NCBI RefSeq assembly: GCF_006345805.1
Contig: NW_021833012.1
Location: 27,500 to 91,499, forward strand
DNA: 64,000 nucleotides
Reading direction: 5' to 3'
Source of the DNA: Octopus sinensis
Taxonomy: Eukaryota
The stretch's first letter is position 1, and the number at the start of each line of letters is the position of its first letter. A program made the translations under genes and the position numbers. Below, piece after piece: positions 11,801 through 25,838 of the stretch. Below the pieces are notes generated by a model. The model did not search any database. It worked only from the letters and a program-made list of their open reading frames with translations, and was not told the DNA's origin.

Positions 11801-14800
11801 TCTAGTGGTAACGCTCTCTGAGCATCCACCCCCACTACAGACTTGTTCACCCAGATAGCAGAAGCTATCAACTACATCTAGTTTCTCCCCTTGTCATGTG
11901 ATGGAATCTATTTTCTGAGCATCTGTGGTGTTTATTGCCCCTGTGCATCTGCTGCACATGAAAGCTATCTTCCCGGTTAATCTTCCTTTGATGTTGCTGC
12001 ACTTCTTATGTGTCCATAGCTTACACTGGGTACATCTTATGGAGTTTCTACCTACACCTTTTCTACAGATCGAACAGGACCACCTGCCTGAAATGGTGCG
12101 TGATTTGTTTGCCTTCTTACTTTTTTTAGCATAACATGTTATCATCATCATCATTATTATCATCGTCTAATGTCCATTTTCCATGCTGGCATGGGTTGGG
12201 TGCTTCGACTAGAACTTTGGTCTTTACAACATTGACTATAAGGCGCTTCAATTCTAAACCTTGCTTCTACACCTGAAATTTCTTCTCTAGTTCTGGTAGT
12301 GATTCTGCTATGAGGGCCAGGTCATCAACATAGAGGAGTTCCCAGGGGCAACCTGTCTTGAATTCCTGTTATTTCCTGGAGGACTATGATGAATAAGAGG
12401 GGGCTGAGGGCTGATACTTGGTGAACCCCTACTTCTACCAGGAATTCTTCACTATACTCATTGCCAACACTAACCTTACTAACGGCCTCTCTGTATAGGG
12501 CTTGTACAGCCCTTATTAACCACTCATCAATCCCCATTTTCTGCATCGCCCACCAGATAAGGGATTGGGGGACCCTGTAAAAGTCCACAAAAGCTAAGTA
12601 TAGGAGTTTATCTTTGGCTAGTTATTTCTCCTGCAGTTGCTGCACCAGGAATATGGCATCAGTGGTGCTTCTACCTGGCACAAAACCGAACTGCATCTCA
12701 TCTAAGCAGACACTCTCCCTAATTAGTTGGGCCATGACCCTCTCCCTGACCTTCATCACCTGATCCAGCAATTTGATACCCCTGTAGTTATTTCTATCTA
12801 AAGCATCACTTTAACCTTTGTAGCAGTTGACTATGGTGCTGCTACACCAGTCATTGAGTATGACTCCATCATGAACTACCTGGTTTACAATGCGGGTGAC
12901 TAGGCCATAGCCCACACCACCAGATGTTTTAAGCATCTCAGCAGTGATTCCTGATGGACCAGGGGCTTTTCCTGGCTTCATAACCTTAATTGCTTTATCT
13001 ACAAGGGTGCTGTCTATTCGGATAGCTGGTCCCTCTACTGTGGCAACATTTGGCTGGCTCTCCTCCTCCAGTTCATTTTCCACGTTCAGCAGTCTTTCAT
13101 AATGGCTTCTCCAAACCTCTTTCATTTCGGAATCATTAAAAGCAAGTGCACCATCATCCATGCGGACACATTTCTCTCCTGTGACATCACAATTTTCTCT
13201 CACACACTGCAATCCGAAATACTTCATTTCTTTGGTCTTTATGTTGCTGGACATTGGCAAACTTCTTTTCTGCTTCGCCCTTGGCTATGTATGCCTGTCT
13301 CCTAGCCTCCTTTCTGGCTATCTGGTATGGTTCCCTGCTACCCCAACCCCTCCAGGCCTGTTTCATTGCTCTGATGGCTCTGTCTACTATATTATTCCAC
13401 CACCACATAACTCTAGGTCTGGAAGGGACTTTGCACCATCTGTGGACTTGGTCTGTGGCACTCAGTAAGCTGTCCCGTAGGAATTTCCAGCTACCTTCTA
13501 TGTCCGAGGACTGTAGCTCCTCCTCCCTCTCATCATATTTCTTGATGAGGATATCCCTAAATCTCAGATCATGTGAAGGGTTCTTTAGCTTCCAAATCCT
13601 TCTTTTCTGGATTGGTCTGCTTCTTGGAATCCTTCTGGCCTCGAGTCTAAAGTCACTAATGACTAGTCTATGCTGGGGGTACATTCCATACCTGAGAGGG
13701 TCTTTGTATTTAAGAGCAACCCTGCGTCCCGCTGTCTGGTGAGGATGAAATCAATCTGGCTAGCAGAGTCACCTGATTGATAGGTTATCAGGTGGCTGCT
13801 TGGCTTCCTGAACTTAGTGTTGCAGACTAAAAGGCTACATGCATCACAAAACTCCAGTAGCCTGGTTCCATCTTCTTTTCAGGAACCAATACCATTATGC
13901 CCATGTACACCAGTGAAGATACCGGATTGCTGTCCAACATGCTCATTAAAATCTCCAGCTGCAAAGATGAGGTCATTGCCACTCATCTTTGAGGCAGCCT
14001 GTAGAAGGGTATCATAAAAATGGTCCTTCAGAGCATTTGGTAGGGCCACTTGCAGGGTCATAGGCAGAGATAATTGTAGCTATACTATTCTGCAAGACTA
14101 GCCTGAGCTTAAGCACTCTATCACATACCCTGACAACCTCTATGACCTTATCCACCCATTTCTCCACAAGGAATATACCTACACCCCCTACTCCATCGAT
14201 GTTACCTTCCCAGAAGATTTTTATACCTATGTGCCTTGCCTGTGAGGACACTAGCTGAAGCTTCTCTCCATCTTACCTCTTATGGCAATTTTCTGTCATG
14301 TAAATTGTAGCAGTATGGGCAGCGAAATGTGATGTTGATGGTTCAATGTATGTTGTCGGGTGTCGCCGATGGAGATAGGACGACATCAAAGTAAAACAAT
14401 GAGGATTGTAGTTTAAATAATTTATTTGATCCACACTTGCATCTACGTGTTGGATACTCAAAGTTTAATTTACAATATCAATGAAGGCTGCTACATGAAG
14501 TTACCAACAGCTTTGAGGTGGCAAAGTAAAAATAACAACAGGAGAAGTAGAATGTTGATTTGATGAAAGAGTGCATGGCATATTTTGTGTCTGTGTGTGC
14601 ATTGAACATTTGGTTGAGTTGTGTTGTTTTTCTGTCCTATCTTTTTGTGTCCTGCTACTGTGTTGTGTCATTGGCTATCATAATTCGCTCATGCTGACTA
14701 TGTGGCTCTCTGTTGGCTGCTTACCTGTTGCAAGCTGCCTGCTTATCTGTCCTGTATCTAAGGTCACTATTTATAATGGTCATCCTAGCAAGAAGAACAG

Positions 14801-17800
14801 ACATACCATTGGAGTCCTTACTACTTATCTAGGTCACCTGCTGTCCAGTTGAACCTTCAGTGACACAGCTCAGGTTAGAAATCCATCCATCACATTTTGA
14901 CAGGATAAAGAAATTTCTGTCACACCTGTTCGGCCAGTGGTGGATCAGGTCAGCGAGAATCCTTAGATTCAGTTTCGAATCTCAGCTCAGAAAATGAAAT
15001 GTTAGTTTTTACATAAATAAAAGTTTATGTTAGTTTAAAAGATTTATCCAAAAAATCTTATTTAACTGTAATTTTTAGAACAACATGTGGGTGAAGGTAA
15101 ATAATATGCACACCCAGTGTTTAGGGCTAGGTTTAGGGTTTAGGGTTAGGATTACATGGAAGACGGATGGTGTGTGTATTCTTTAACTCTGCCCAATTCA
15201 TGTTATGTTACCAATAGTTTTCTTTCATATAAATAAATTTTGACTTAAAAATTTGCCAGTAAAGTCTTATAAAATGTTCCAAAAGATGTAGATGTTTATA
15301 TGATATACATGAAAATAAGAGTGAACAAAATATACTTAAAAAACAACTATATTTTGTAGTCATTATCCGTAATCTACTCCCAAAACACTTCAGTAGCTCT
15401 ATTTTGCATCACTTGCAAACTCATATGTTCTATGATCATTAAAGTGCAACGACCTCCACAATAACCAGCCTTCAATTTGATTTTCTGTTCCTAGATTAAT
15501 CGGAAACATAGATTGCTGTGCTACTCATAAACCTTCTCGGTAGTTCAAGTAACTGGGGAAAAAATAACACCAAAGCAACTTAAACTGTCCAAAGGATGGG
15601 TGCGTTTCCTAGTTTAAAAATAATTAATAGCCATAAGGCGTATTAAAGATAATTAATTGTCAGAAGGTTTATTAAAGGTAATTAATAAACAGAAGGTTTC
15701 ATCATCATCATCGTCGTTTAACATCCGGTTTCCACGCTGTCATGGGTTGGACAGTTTGACTGAGGTTTGGGAAGCCAGAAGGCTGCACCAGGCTCCAATC
15801 TAATCTGGCAAAATTTCTACAGCTGGATGCCCTTCCTAACGCCAACCACTCCGAGAGTGTAGTGGGTGCTTTTTACATGCCACCAGCACAGGAGCCAGTC
15901 AGGTGGTACTGGCATCAACCACGCTTGAATGCTACCAGCACGAGTGCCAGTCAGGTGGCAGTGGCAATGATCACGCTCAAATGATGCCTGTTATACACCA
16001 CTGGCACAGGTGCCAATCAGGTGGTCCTGTTATCAGCCATGACAAGGATTTCACTTGCCTCAACAGGTGTTCGTAAGTGCAGTTTATTGCAGTTTATTAA
16101 GTTACTCTTAAATGGGCTGGTAATACTGCACTGGCATAGATCATGTTTATGGTCTCACTTGCATTGCCGGGTCTTCTTAAGCACAGCATATCTCCAAATG
16201 TCTCAGTCACATTTGAAAGTCGTGCTTCACCACTTCATCCCAGGTCTTCCTGGGTCTACTTCTTTCACAGGTTCCCTCTCTTGCTAGGGTGTGACTCTTT
16301 TTCACATAGCTGTCCACATCCAAACGCAACATATGACCATACCAGCGCAGTCGTCTCTCTTGCACACCACATCTGATGCTTCTTAAATCCAACTTTTCTC
16401 TCAAGGCAGTAACACTCTGTTGAGTATGCACACTGACATTACACATCCAGTGGATCATACCAGCTTCATTCTTTGCAAGCTTGTGCATGTCCTCAGTAGT
16501 CACAAAGATAATTAATAGCCAGAAGATTTTATCATTATCATTATCATCATCATCATCATCATCGTTTAACGTCCACTTTCCATGCTAGCATGGGTTGGAC
16601 GGTTCGATTGAGGTCTGGGAAGCCGAGGAGGCTGCACCAGGCCCAACCACAAGGCTTATTAAAGGTAATTAATAGCCAGGAGGTTTATTAAAAATAATTA
16701 ATAACCACAAGGCTTATTAAAGGTAATTAATAGCCAGAAAGTTTATCAAAAATAATTAATACCCAGCAAATTTATTAAAAGTAAATAATAGTCAGCAAGT
16801 TTACTAAAAATAATTAATAGCCAGGTCTATTAAGAATAATTACTAACCAGCAGGTTTATTAAAAATAGTTAACAGCCACAAGGTTTATTAAAAATAATTA
16901 ATAGCCAGAAGGCTTAGTAAAGATAATTAATAGCCAGAAGGCTTATTAAAGATAATTAATAGCCAGAAGGTTTATCAAAGATAATTAATTGCCAGAAGGC
17001 TTATAAAAAATAATTAATAGCCAGAAGACTTATTAAAGATAATTAATAGCCAGAAGGTTTATTAAAAATATTTAATAACAAGGAGGCTTAATAAAGATAA
17101 TTAATAGCCAGCAAATTTATTAAGAAAAAATCTACTACATATGTGGAAATCTGTGGGTGTGTTTGTTTGTGGAGTTGTTATCTAACTCCTCCTACATCGT
17201 TTTATCGATTTTGATGAAACTTGACACATGAGTAGAATTTATGTCTAGAAAACTAGTGACATACTTAGATTGTTGGAAAAATCGATAATAGGGCCCTTGG
17301 AAGGGATTCTTATAAGTACTACATATAACTAATATATTATTTTTAAACATCCAAGGGAAATAACCCATTCGCTCCTGAAAGGGATCCTTATATATAAATA
17401 TAGCCAAGGGAAATAACCCATTCATGTTCATAAGTTATTTGGTATAAATCAAATTGAGTATGCTTATTTCTTAGTATTTGAACTATTTGAGTTATTTTCA
17501 CAATTTATCCAGTACAATGCTTAAACAAGTAAATAGTATTTACCTAAACAATAGATCCACCTATTTCGGTTAGTGACTTATTCATGAATTTAACAACACT
17601 AGCGCCACTGAGGGTAATATTCTCTGTGAATGCACAAAAGCTTTTTTCAGAGTTATTCACTTTGAAGTGTTATTATCTCATATCTGATTAGCCTGTTATT
17701 ACATAACATGCTTCACAATTTTAGTATACATAACTTATTAGTATTTCCTAATAAGTTCTATAAACTCTGGGAACATATTAACCCCTTACCCAACAATTAT

Positions 17801-20800
17801 TTTGAAAATGAATGTATTTTTTCAGACATATTTTTTAATTGTTTTATTTTACTATGTTTTGAATGGTGATTTCGAGGTATATTTCAAACCTTATTTATTA
17901 TGAATTTTAATTCAATAATATTGATTTTAAATTACCGCTTTGGGCAGAAACGAGTTAACCTGTTTTTTTCATAAATCATATTACTTTTACAAAAAATCAT
18001 GTTATTTTATTTGGTTATCTTATTTTCCAAATTTAGAATGAATGATCAAAACATGATTGTTTACTTCTGTTGATTTTATTACTTCAAAACTTAGTAATGA
18101 CAAAAAAGAGAGACAAAATAATGAATTATCATCATCAGAGCTCGACATGGTGGGGTTATAATATAAAGGTATAAAAAAAAACAACGTAAAAACAAAGTGA
18201 ATACTTCTATTCATAAAATGTGCCTTCCAACCCTTCAACTGTCTCCAGGTGACTAAATCATACTCGGTCTTCAATGCCTTACTCAAGCGAAAGGTGGCAG
18301 AAATCGTCACTGCCAGAGGTATAAAGTGAGTGAATATACTCGTATTTGTCAAAAAAGAGTTTATAATAGACAAAGGAACTCGTTTGCTGTCGATTTTGGC
18401 GAGTCTATCTTTTGACGAGTTAACTTGCCAGAGATAGAAAAAAACGATTTCGGTCAAAACGCATATATTCGTTTCTGCCGGGTAAGGGGTTAAAGCCCTT
18501 TTCGGAGCTACTTTATTTGAATTCTTACTATTGGGTAATTAATTTCATGTTATTATATAACTGACTTCACAATTTGGGTATTCATAACTTATTAGGAATT
18601 CTTAAAAACAAGATCCTGTGTAAATACACAAAAACCGTTTTAAGGGCCACATACTTTGTATTGTTGTTACTGGATTAGTGAAACAATTATGAGAATGAAA
18701 CCAAGGAATAAGCCCTGCTTTCCTGGGAATTACTGGGTACATCAGATAGTAATTAATTGCCAGAAGGTCTATTAAAAATAATAACGATAGAAGCAGTATT
18801 AATACCAAAATATAATATTTATGCCTTTCCACTGTAACAAAAAAATGAAGGAAATTTCTGTCCACTGTAGAATTGTTTGAGAACCTTTTTCTCTTTGAAT
18901 CTTTTCTCTTTTCTTTGTTATGAAGGACCACGGTCTGAATTGTCAGGTTTCCTCTCATTCTTCCTTACAATGTAAAAATAATTACCTTGTACTCCTGTTT
19001 GTTCCTGAAATAGCTTTGGACAAACAGGATGTAACAAAAACGCCTCAAATTCAACATTCTTGATAGACATTTTGACTGCAAACACAAGGTTCAACGGTTC
19101 TAACCATGATGGTAACTGGATAGAAAAAAAAACAGTAGAACTTCAGCTACATGAAGACACCATTACCACATGTTTAACTTCACTAACACCATGTTGGTGG
19201 CCATGTAAAGCATGGGAGGTTTTTCTGCTCTATTCACTGTATTACCATATTGACACAGGTCTCATGTCTCCCAAAAGGCAGGAAGGCCATGGATAGAATA
19301 TCTTTGATCTGAGTGACAAAGTAATTTTCCTCATTTCCTTATTACAGAGTAGAAATAAATCATTAAATATTTCAAATATTTTGTTTTTATTAAATTAAAT
19401 CTCTTCTCTTTGCAAAAATGGGAAAATAAAAATATAAATTGATTCTTTTTTGTTTTAACAGGAATTTGATGAATATCTCCGAAACAGAGGTAAAACATTT
19501 GTTTGTTAATATTGAATATTACGGTGTCTTGTCATGTCATTCTATGTTAAACATTACTGATAATTACTATTTTGGTTTTATTTCTGCAAGGAATTATGTT
19601 GATAGCAAGTTACTACCTGCAGCCTCAGGTAGCCACAAGTTTTTAGCAGTCTTTCAAGTGCTTACAACCCTCCTGATAATCCTTGCTGTACCTAAAAGAC
19701 AAACTTTCTGTAGAAGCTCTTCCGGGTATTCTATTTCAATATCCTTCAGCCATTTGTCTATATTTTGGCTTCCTGTTCCCAACACACCAATTATTATAGG
19801 CACCACCTTTACTGTTTGCATGCTCCAAATTCTTCCTATTTCAAATTTTAAGGGATTGTATTTACTTTGTTTTTCTTCTTCTTTACGATCCTGGAATCAA
19901 ACAGACATGATGGGTCGATAAGTAAGCAGCTTCTCTTTTCCTTATCTATGACTGTAATATCTAGTCTATTGTTTTCTAACTTTTTCTCCATTTGAATAGG
20001 AAAGTCCCATAAAATCTTACATTTCTCCAACTCCAATTCTCTTTTGACTCAATGATTGTGCTTTGTGTTTCCAGCTTCAAATCCCCATTTCTGGCACAGT
20101 TTCCAGTGTAAAACTTTTACAACCTGGTCGTGCCTCCGTTTCTTATATTCTTCCTGTGCCAACTTGGGGCATTCTTCCACGATGTGTGCCATTGACTCAT
20201 TCTAAGTTCCACAGGCTCTACATTTTTCTGACACATTCTCTCCATATATATTTTTACTCAAGTTGTTTGTTTTTATCGCTTGATCTTGGACTGTTACAAT
20301 TAGGCTCTCTGTTTCTTTTTTTAATTGGCCCCTTTTTAACCAAGCCCAGGATTTTGTTCCACAATATGTCTTTAGTGACTCTCCAGAATTGGCCATGCAG
20401 ACGTTCCTCTTCAATCTGTCTGACATGATATCTTTGCATTTCATCCTTGTCCTTCTATCCTATTACATGCTTGATCCTCTTTTTTTTTATTCATTTCACA
20501 GAAAGTTCTTTCAGAAATAAGACTAAACTTTGTTTCTTGCACAGAAGATTGCTTGCTTCCAGTTTTGCACTCCCAAGCAACAGCATTCTGGGAACTACAG
20601 TACCATTTGGATTAGGATTTGCTAATAGGTTCAGATATCTATAATACAAGACATTAAGAGGGTTAAAGTATGTAAACTGAATAAAAATATTAGATTTAGA
20701 ATTGAACCAAGCCTCATAAAATCTAACCAAAAAATATAAACTTGATATTGATTCTAATTGGTTGTAATTCTTATTAAAAGACTATCTTGAACATTATAAT

Positions 20801-23800
20801 TTCTAATTGAAGAGAAGAGCTTTGGACTTTGTGATGAAGAAATTATTCTAAAATACCATCTTGCAATAAACTAAAATAACGTCTTTTGAGAGGGGAGTTA
20901 ACTCTTCAATGTCTTATGAGAGGGGAGTTAACTCATCAATGTAGTCTTCCATGACCATCTCATGTGTGATGATACAACATAAGTTACATCCAATTATTAC
21001 TTTAGGAAAAAGAACCATAAATGTAATCTGATTGTAAATATTAAATTAATTAATAGTTATTATCATACTTAATGAGCTGATTCATTACCTCATTAATTGA
21101 AAGTTTATAGCTAGGCTCCTACTGAGTTTTGAACCATCACACTCAGGTTCTTCAGCATGGAACCATATTGTCAGCAAAGGAAAACCAGTTATGGAAAATA
21201 AATCATGCCACTATGAAAGGCGCTAACACCTCTGTGAACATGGCTTGGCCAATCAGATCAGCTGATGTACAACCAAGGGCAATGGAATTTTCCCACCAAA
21301 TAGTCTGGTCAAACGTTTTTTGGAAAACCCTGCTGGGCATTATAAAAATTCTTATTTTGCATTTCTAGACAGAATGAGCTCTGATACTTCACAGATGTTC
21401 TCACTTTTCTTTTTCTGCTTAGAACAACCTACGGTGCTTCTCAAAGCTGTGTCAGTCAGTTTTGTGAGAAGACATTTTCATTGTTTCTATTAATTTTTTT
21501 CTCAGTAATTATGAACTGTCTTTGTATTACTATTCAGCATATTATACAGTGAAAACTTGTACTTATTTCCATTCAGTATCACTTGACTATTACTTTAGCA
21601 AGCAGAAGAATATGTGGAAATATGTGGGTATGACAAAAGGTCCTTTCAGAACCATATTTAACAATCCTAAAAATTTCCATTAATGTCCAGGAGAGACATA
21701 ATGCCACAACCCTGGCTAGACACATATGGTTATTGAAGAAAAATGCCATGGATTATAACATCAAGTAGAGAGTGATAGGGAGGTGCAACCGTTACTTCAA
21801 TAGTAGCAGACGGGGAAGGTTAAACCTTGCTTAGAAAAGAACAATATTCAAGAACTCTCTTCATTCAGACACTTAACTAAAGCCTAAACTGCAAGGGTGA
21901 GTTTTACTTCCCTGGGCATGGATACATTGTAACTCCAACGTCTGGCAGCTGACCTGGCAGACACCCATAAAATTATTAACCATATTACAAACAATAACTC
22001 TGAGCACCTTTTCAAACTTCATCTGTCTAACACCCGTGGACATGTTTACAAAGTCAGAAAACAGCACAATTCCCATGACTTTCGGAAACATTTTTTCACG
22101 CTAAGAGTTGCTGAAGCATGGAACAAACTGCCGGTATCAGTTGTTAGTTGTCGGAGCACTGTATCCTTCAAAACTTCCATGCTTCCTGAGATTCGCCAAT
22201 ACTACACCTGATTTTCTCCCCTCCATACACACGCAAGCATGTATCTGATTCATACACTGTTCGCTTCCCAGACATTTGTACATTACTGCATATACTTTAT
22301 ATGCACTTTTGACAAGTTGTGGTGCACCTGAGCACTGTATACAATAATTTCATTATTATTATTATTATATGCCTGCATGAAAAATAGTATGTGATCAGTT
22401 ATCTACAAACTCTACCATAACATTACGATTTCCACCAGCAGTCTTTCCAACACCACAACCTAAGAGTCCAATACTGACTACACCGAACCATATGCACATA
22501 AACACATAGATATGCATCCGCATGAGTTTAAAGGTTTGGGTGCCTTCCCATGTCCTCTTTCAAAGTCCCTGCTTCCTGCACCAACTCCATACTGCCCACA
22601 CTCAAACTCCACTTTACTGGCAGTTATTTCTCACTCAGGGATTTGGGGCCAGGGACATAACCTTTGATGGAGTCCCTTCACTAGCTGTCTCCTACAGCAA
22701 CCACAACCAGATGTGTTACTTAAGATATTGTAAACTTTATGATTAACGTAACTTCTCTGTTGACAAATGTACAAGTGCCTGGTATTTCTCTTATGGAGTC
22801 TTAGACAATTTATATGCCTTGCTCATCATTTAATGTCCATCTTCCATTTTGGCTTGGGTTAAGCAGTTTGACAGGATCTGGTGAGATGCATTAGGCATGA
22901 TTTCCATGGCTGGCTGCCCTTCTTAATACCAAGCACTTCACAGTGTGGACCGGAAGCTGCTTTTTCCATGACCCCAGTGCTAGTAAGGTCACCAAGTAAC
23001 TTGTAATAGAAAGTGAAAAATGGAAAGAGCCCTGTAAAAGTGGGTGGGAGTGAATTTGGGAGACGGGTAGGTGGCTTTATATCCGGGGTAGGAGAGGTTT
23101 GATAGAGGGTCAAGTAGGGGTGTCTTGATATGGGGGAAATTCACGACTTGCTTATATTTTTTACAAAAGTGAATGAAAGTAGCTGGAAGGGAGAAAGATG
23201 GTGGTCATAGGGTGCAAGTGCATACTCTCAGTTTGCAAGGATGTGTGTATGGGGAGAGAATATAGAATGTGGATGAGGAAGGTAAGAAAGAGAGGGTAAT
23301 TTCATAAGAATATGGGATGAGAGGCGTGGCAGATGGTTAGTGATGGGGCTAGAGGTGGATGTAGTGAGTGAGGAACAATGGTTTGGGGTGGAGTTGATGG
23401 CAAATATCTGTATGGAGTGGGGCAAGTGAGAGTTAGATGAGGTTTGGGTAGGAGGGAGTGACAAGTAGCAACGTAGGAGTAGCAGAGGAGAGCAGCAGAA
23501 TCATAAATTCATAGACAAGGAAGTGCAGAGATGATGCACAGGATGTGACAGTGGAAGGGATGGGTTGATGATGATGATCAACTGGGACAGAGATGGGAGT
23601 TAGAGATACATGAGGATGGCTATAGTGAGTGGGGAGACAAAATTGGAGGGAGTATTGATAACGGATGTGAGAGGGCGTTGGGAATAAATGCATATAGGAG
23701 AAGTGTTAAACATCAAGAATGGCAAACTAAGATGTAGCTAAGAGTGGGAAGGGAAAGATTAGGGAAGGGGCAAAAAGGGATGATCGATGGAAGGTTGTAC

Positions 23801-25797
23801 GAACGGAGATGATGATGATGATGAAAGAGAGGCAACTGGTATTAATGAAAAGGGGTGAGAAGTGTTGTGCAGATTCTGCTCTCAAATGCTTACAGCAACA
23901 AAGTAGGGCCATAGTTAGAAGTGTAATGGAGGGATGGGTGTTAGGAAAATGAGATGTGGTGAAGGGTATGGTTGACATGGGCAAATGTCAGTGTAGGGCC
24001 CAACATGGACAGGAATAAGCACAATGCATTTAGGACCTCACTTTTGCTATGATGGATGTGTCTTTATATGTCATTTTGTTCAACTTGCATCAGTAGGTGT
24101 GTGGCCAGGTGGAAAACTGCACCAGACTTCTGTACATGCCAAAACAGACATAGAGGTCTGGTGCCATCTTCTACCTGGCAAGTTCATGTCAAATGATCCA
24201 ACCCATGCCAGCATGGAAGGTAGATGTTGAACGATGACGATGGTCATAATGATGACACACTGATATTTGTTTATTTCCAGAAACTAAATTATCAAGCCCA
24301 TCCTTTCCTGGTCCACAACTGAAAACAGTCCCTATCATACCCAGACCTTATATGACATCCGGAGAAAATGCTGGCATTAAAATAAACTTAATGATTGGTT
24401 CAATTTCTAATGCATCTGTGAGTAAATAGATTCACGTAACATATTTATATTTAATTGTTATTTCATTTCCAAATGAGGAATCATTACAGTTAATTAAAAC
24501 ATTTTCTCAATCTAACTCAAACATTTCATTTCCTTCACATCTGATATCTTGAGTATATCTTTTGCTAACTTTAACAACCTCAAACTTGCTACAGCCATTC
24601 TGTAGAGCCTTACTTAACAACAATATCAACTGCAACATTATATCTCTCTTCTCTCCATGGAATGTTCCTTAGTTGTTTACCATTAATTACTTTTGTAGGT
24701 TGATGTCATCGTTAACAGCACCAATAAACACCTCCAGCTTAATGATGGTTCTATCTCCAAATTTATTCTCAATGCTGCTGGTCCACAGATACAAGCTGAA
24801 TGTAACCGGAAATATCCTCAAGGTATTTCTACATTTGAAATAGCCATCACTGAAGGATATAACCTCAACTGTGAGAATGTAATTCATCTGGCATTACCTC
24901 CCTGGGATGAAAATTCATCTGATTCAGTAAGTATCAATCATATTATATTGATTTATTGAAAGAGTTGTTGTACAACCCTAGGTTATCATTGATCCAGCAT
25001 CCCTGTGGCATGAACGGAATTGTCCATAAAACTATGCACAATCCACAGATGTGTTTTTCCAGTCATACAACACCTCCGTCTGCTTCAGGACAGTAGCATG
25101 TACTTTGATGTCCAGTGATGTACAGTTTGGGCTACAGTGTGACAGTCTGGTGTTGTGGTGTTCTGTACAGTTTCCAAAGCATGGATTCTGGTTGTTTGAA
25201 ATTGATGTAGACTCTATTGTAGATATTCCCTGAACATTTCGACTCAACCATAGTCTCTTGTGTGCAGTGTAGAGTCTTTTGTGCCTGTGGCGCCCTGCCT
25301 TGTGGGCGGTTTTGTTGCTTCTTACAGTATGTTCTCACCCAGGATTCCCTCTTGTAAATAATAATTAATCTCTCCGCTTCCCTATTATTGTTTTTGTTAA
25401 TTACAACCACCAAATCTTGGAACATTTCTCTTTCCATTCACGGCATCCATATCATCACTCAGACCTGACTTCCTGCTATCACATGATCTGTGCTGATCCT
25501 TCTGTTAAATGATGTGTTAATCCAATGACCACATGATCTGTTAATCCAATAATCACTAGAAGTTGTTTAATGTTATTTGAATCTGTAAAACATTTCTGTT
25601 TGAAACAACAAATTCCATGTGCAATGTGTTGATCAAAGAATATATTCATCATTTTACATTTGATGGATATTTGTCCTCATCTTGTTTGTTGTTAACACAA
25701 CGTTTCGGCTGATATACCTTCCAGCCTTCATCAGGTGTCTTGGGGAAATTTTGAACCTGCGTTCTTATTCCTAAGGTATTTTTCGATGTTAATATTA

Positions 25798-25838
<41 letters not shown>

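Noticed and set aside
15121-15150. Interstitial telomere or chromosome fusion scar
   Set aside because: There are only about four degenerate units of mixed type, on one strand.
18602-18958. 118-aa minus-strand ORF, and similar unassigned ORFs at 20491-20730, 21129-21368 and 31398-31610
   Set aside because: They have no recognisable motifs, mostly non-ATG starts and no consistent splice signals.
20881-20941. 30-bp tandem duplication containing the palindrome GAGTTAACTC
   Set aside because: There are only two units and no supporting context; likely local slippage.
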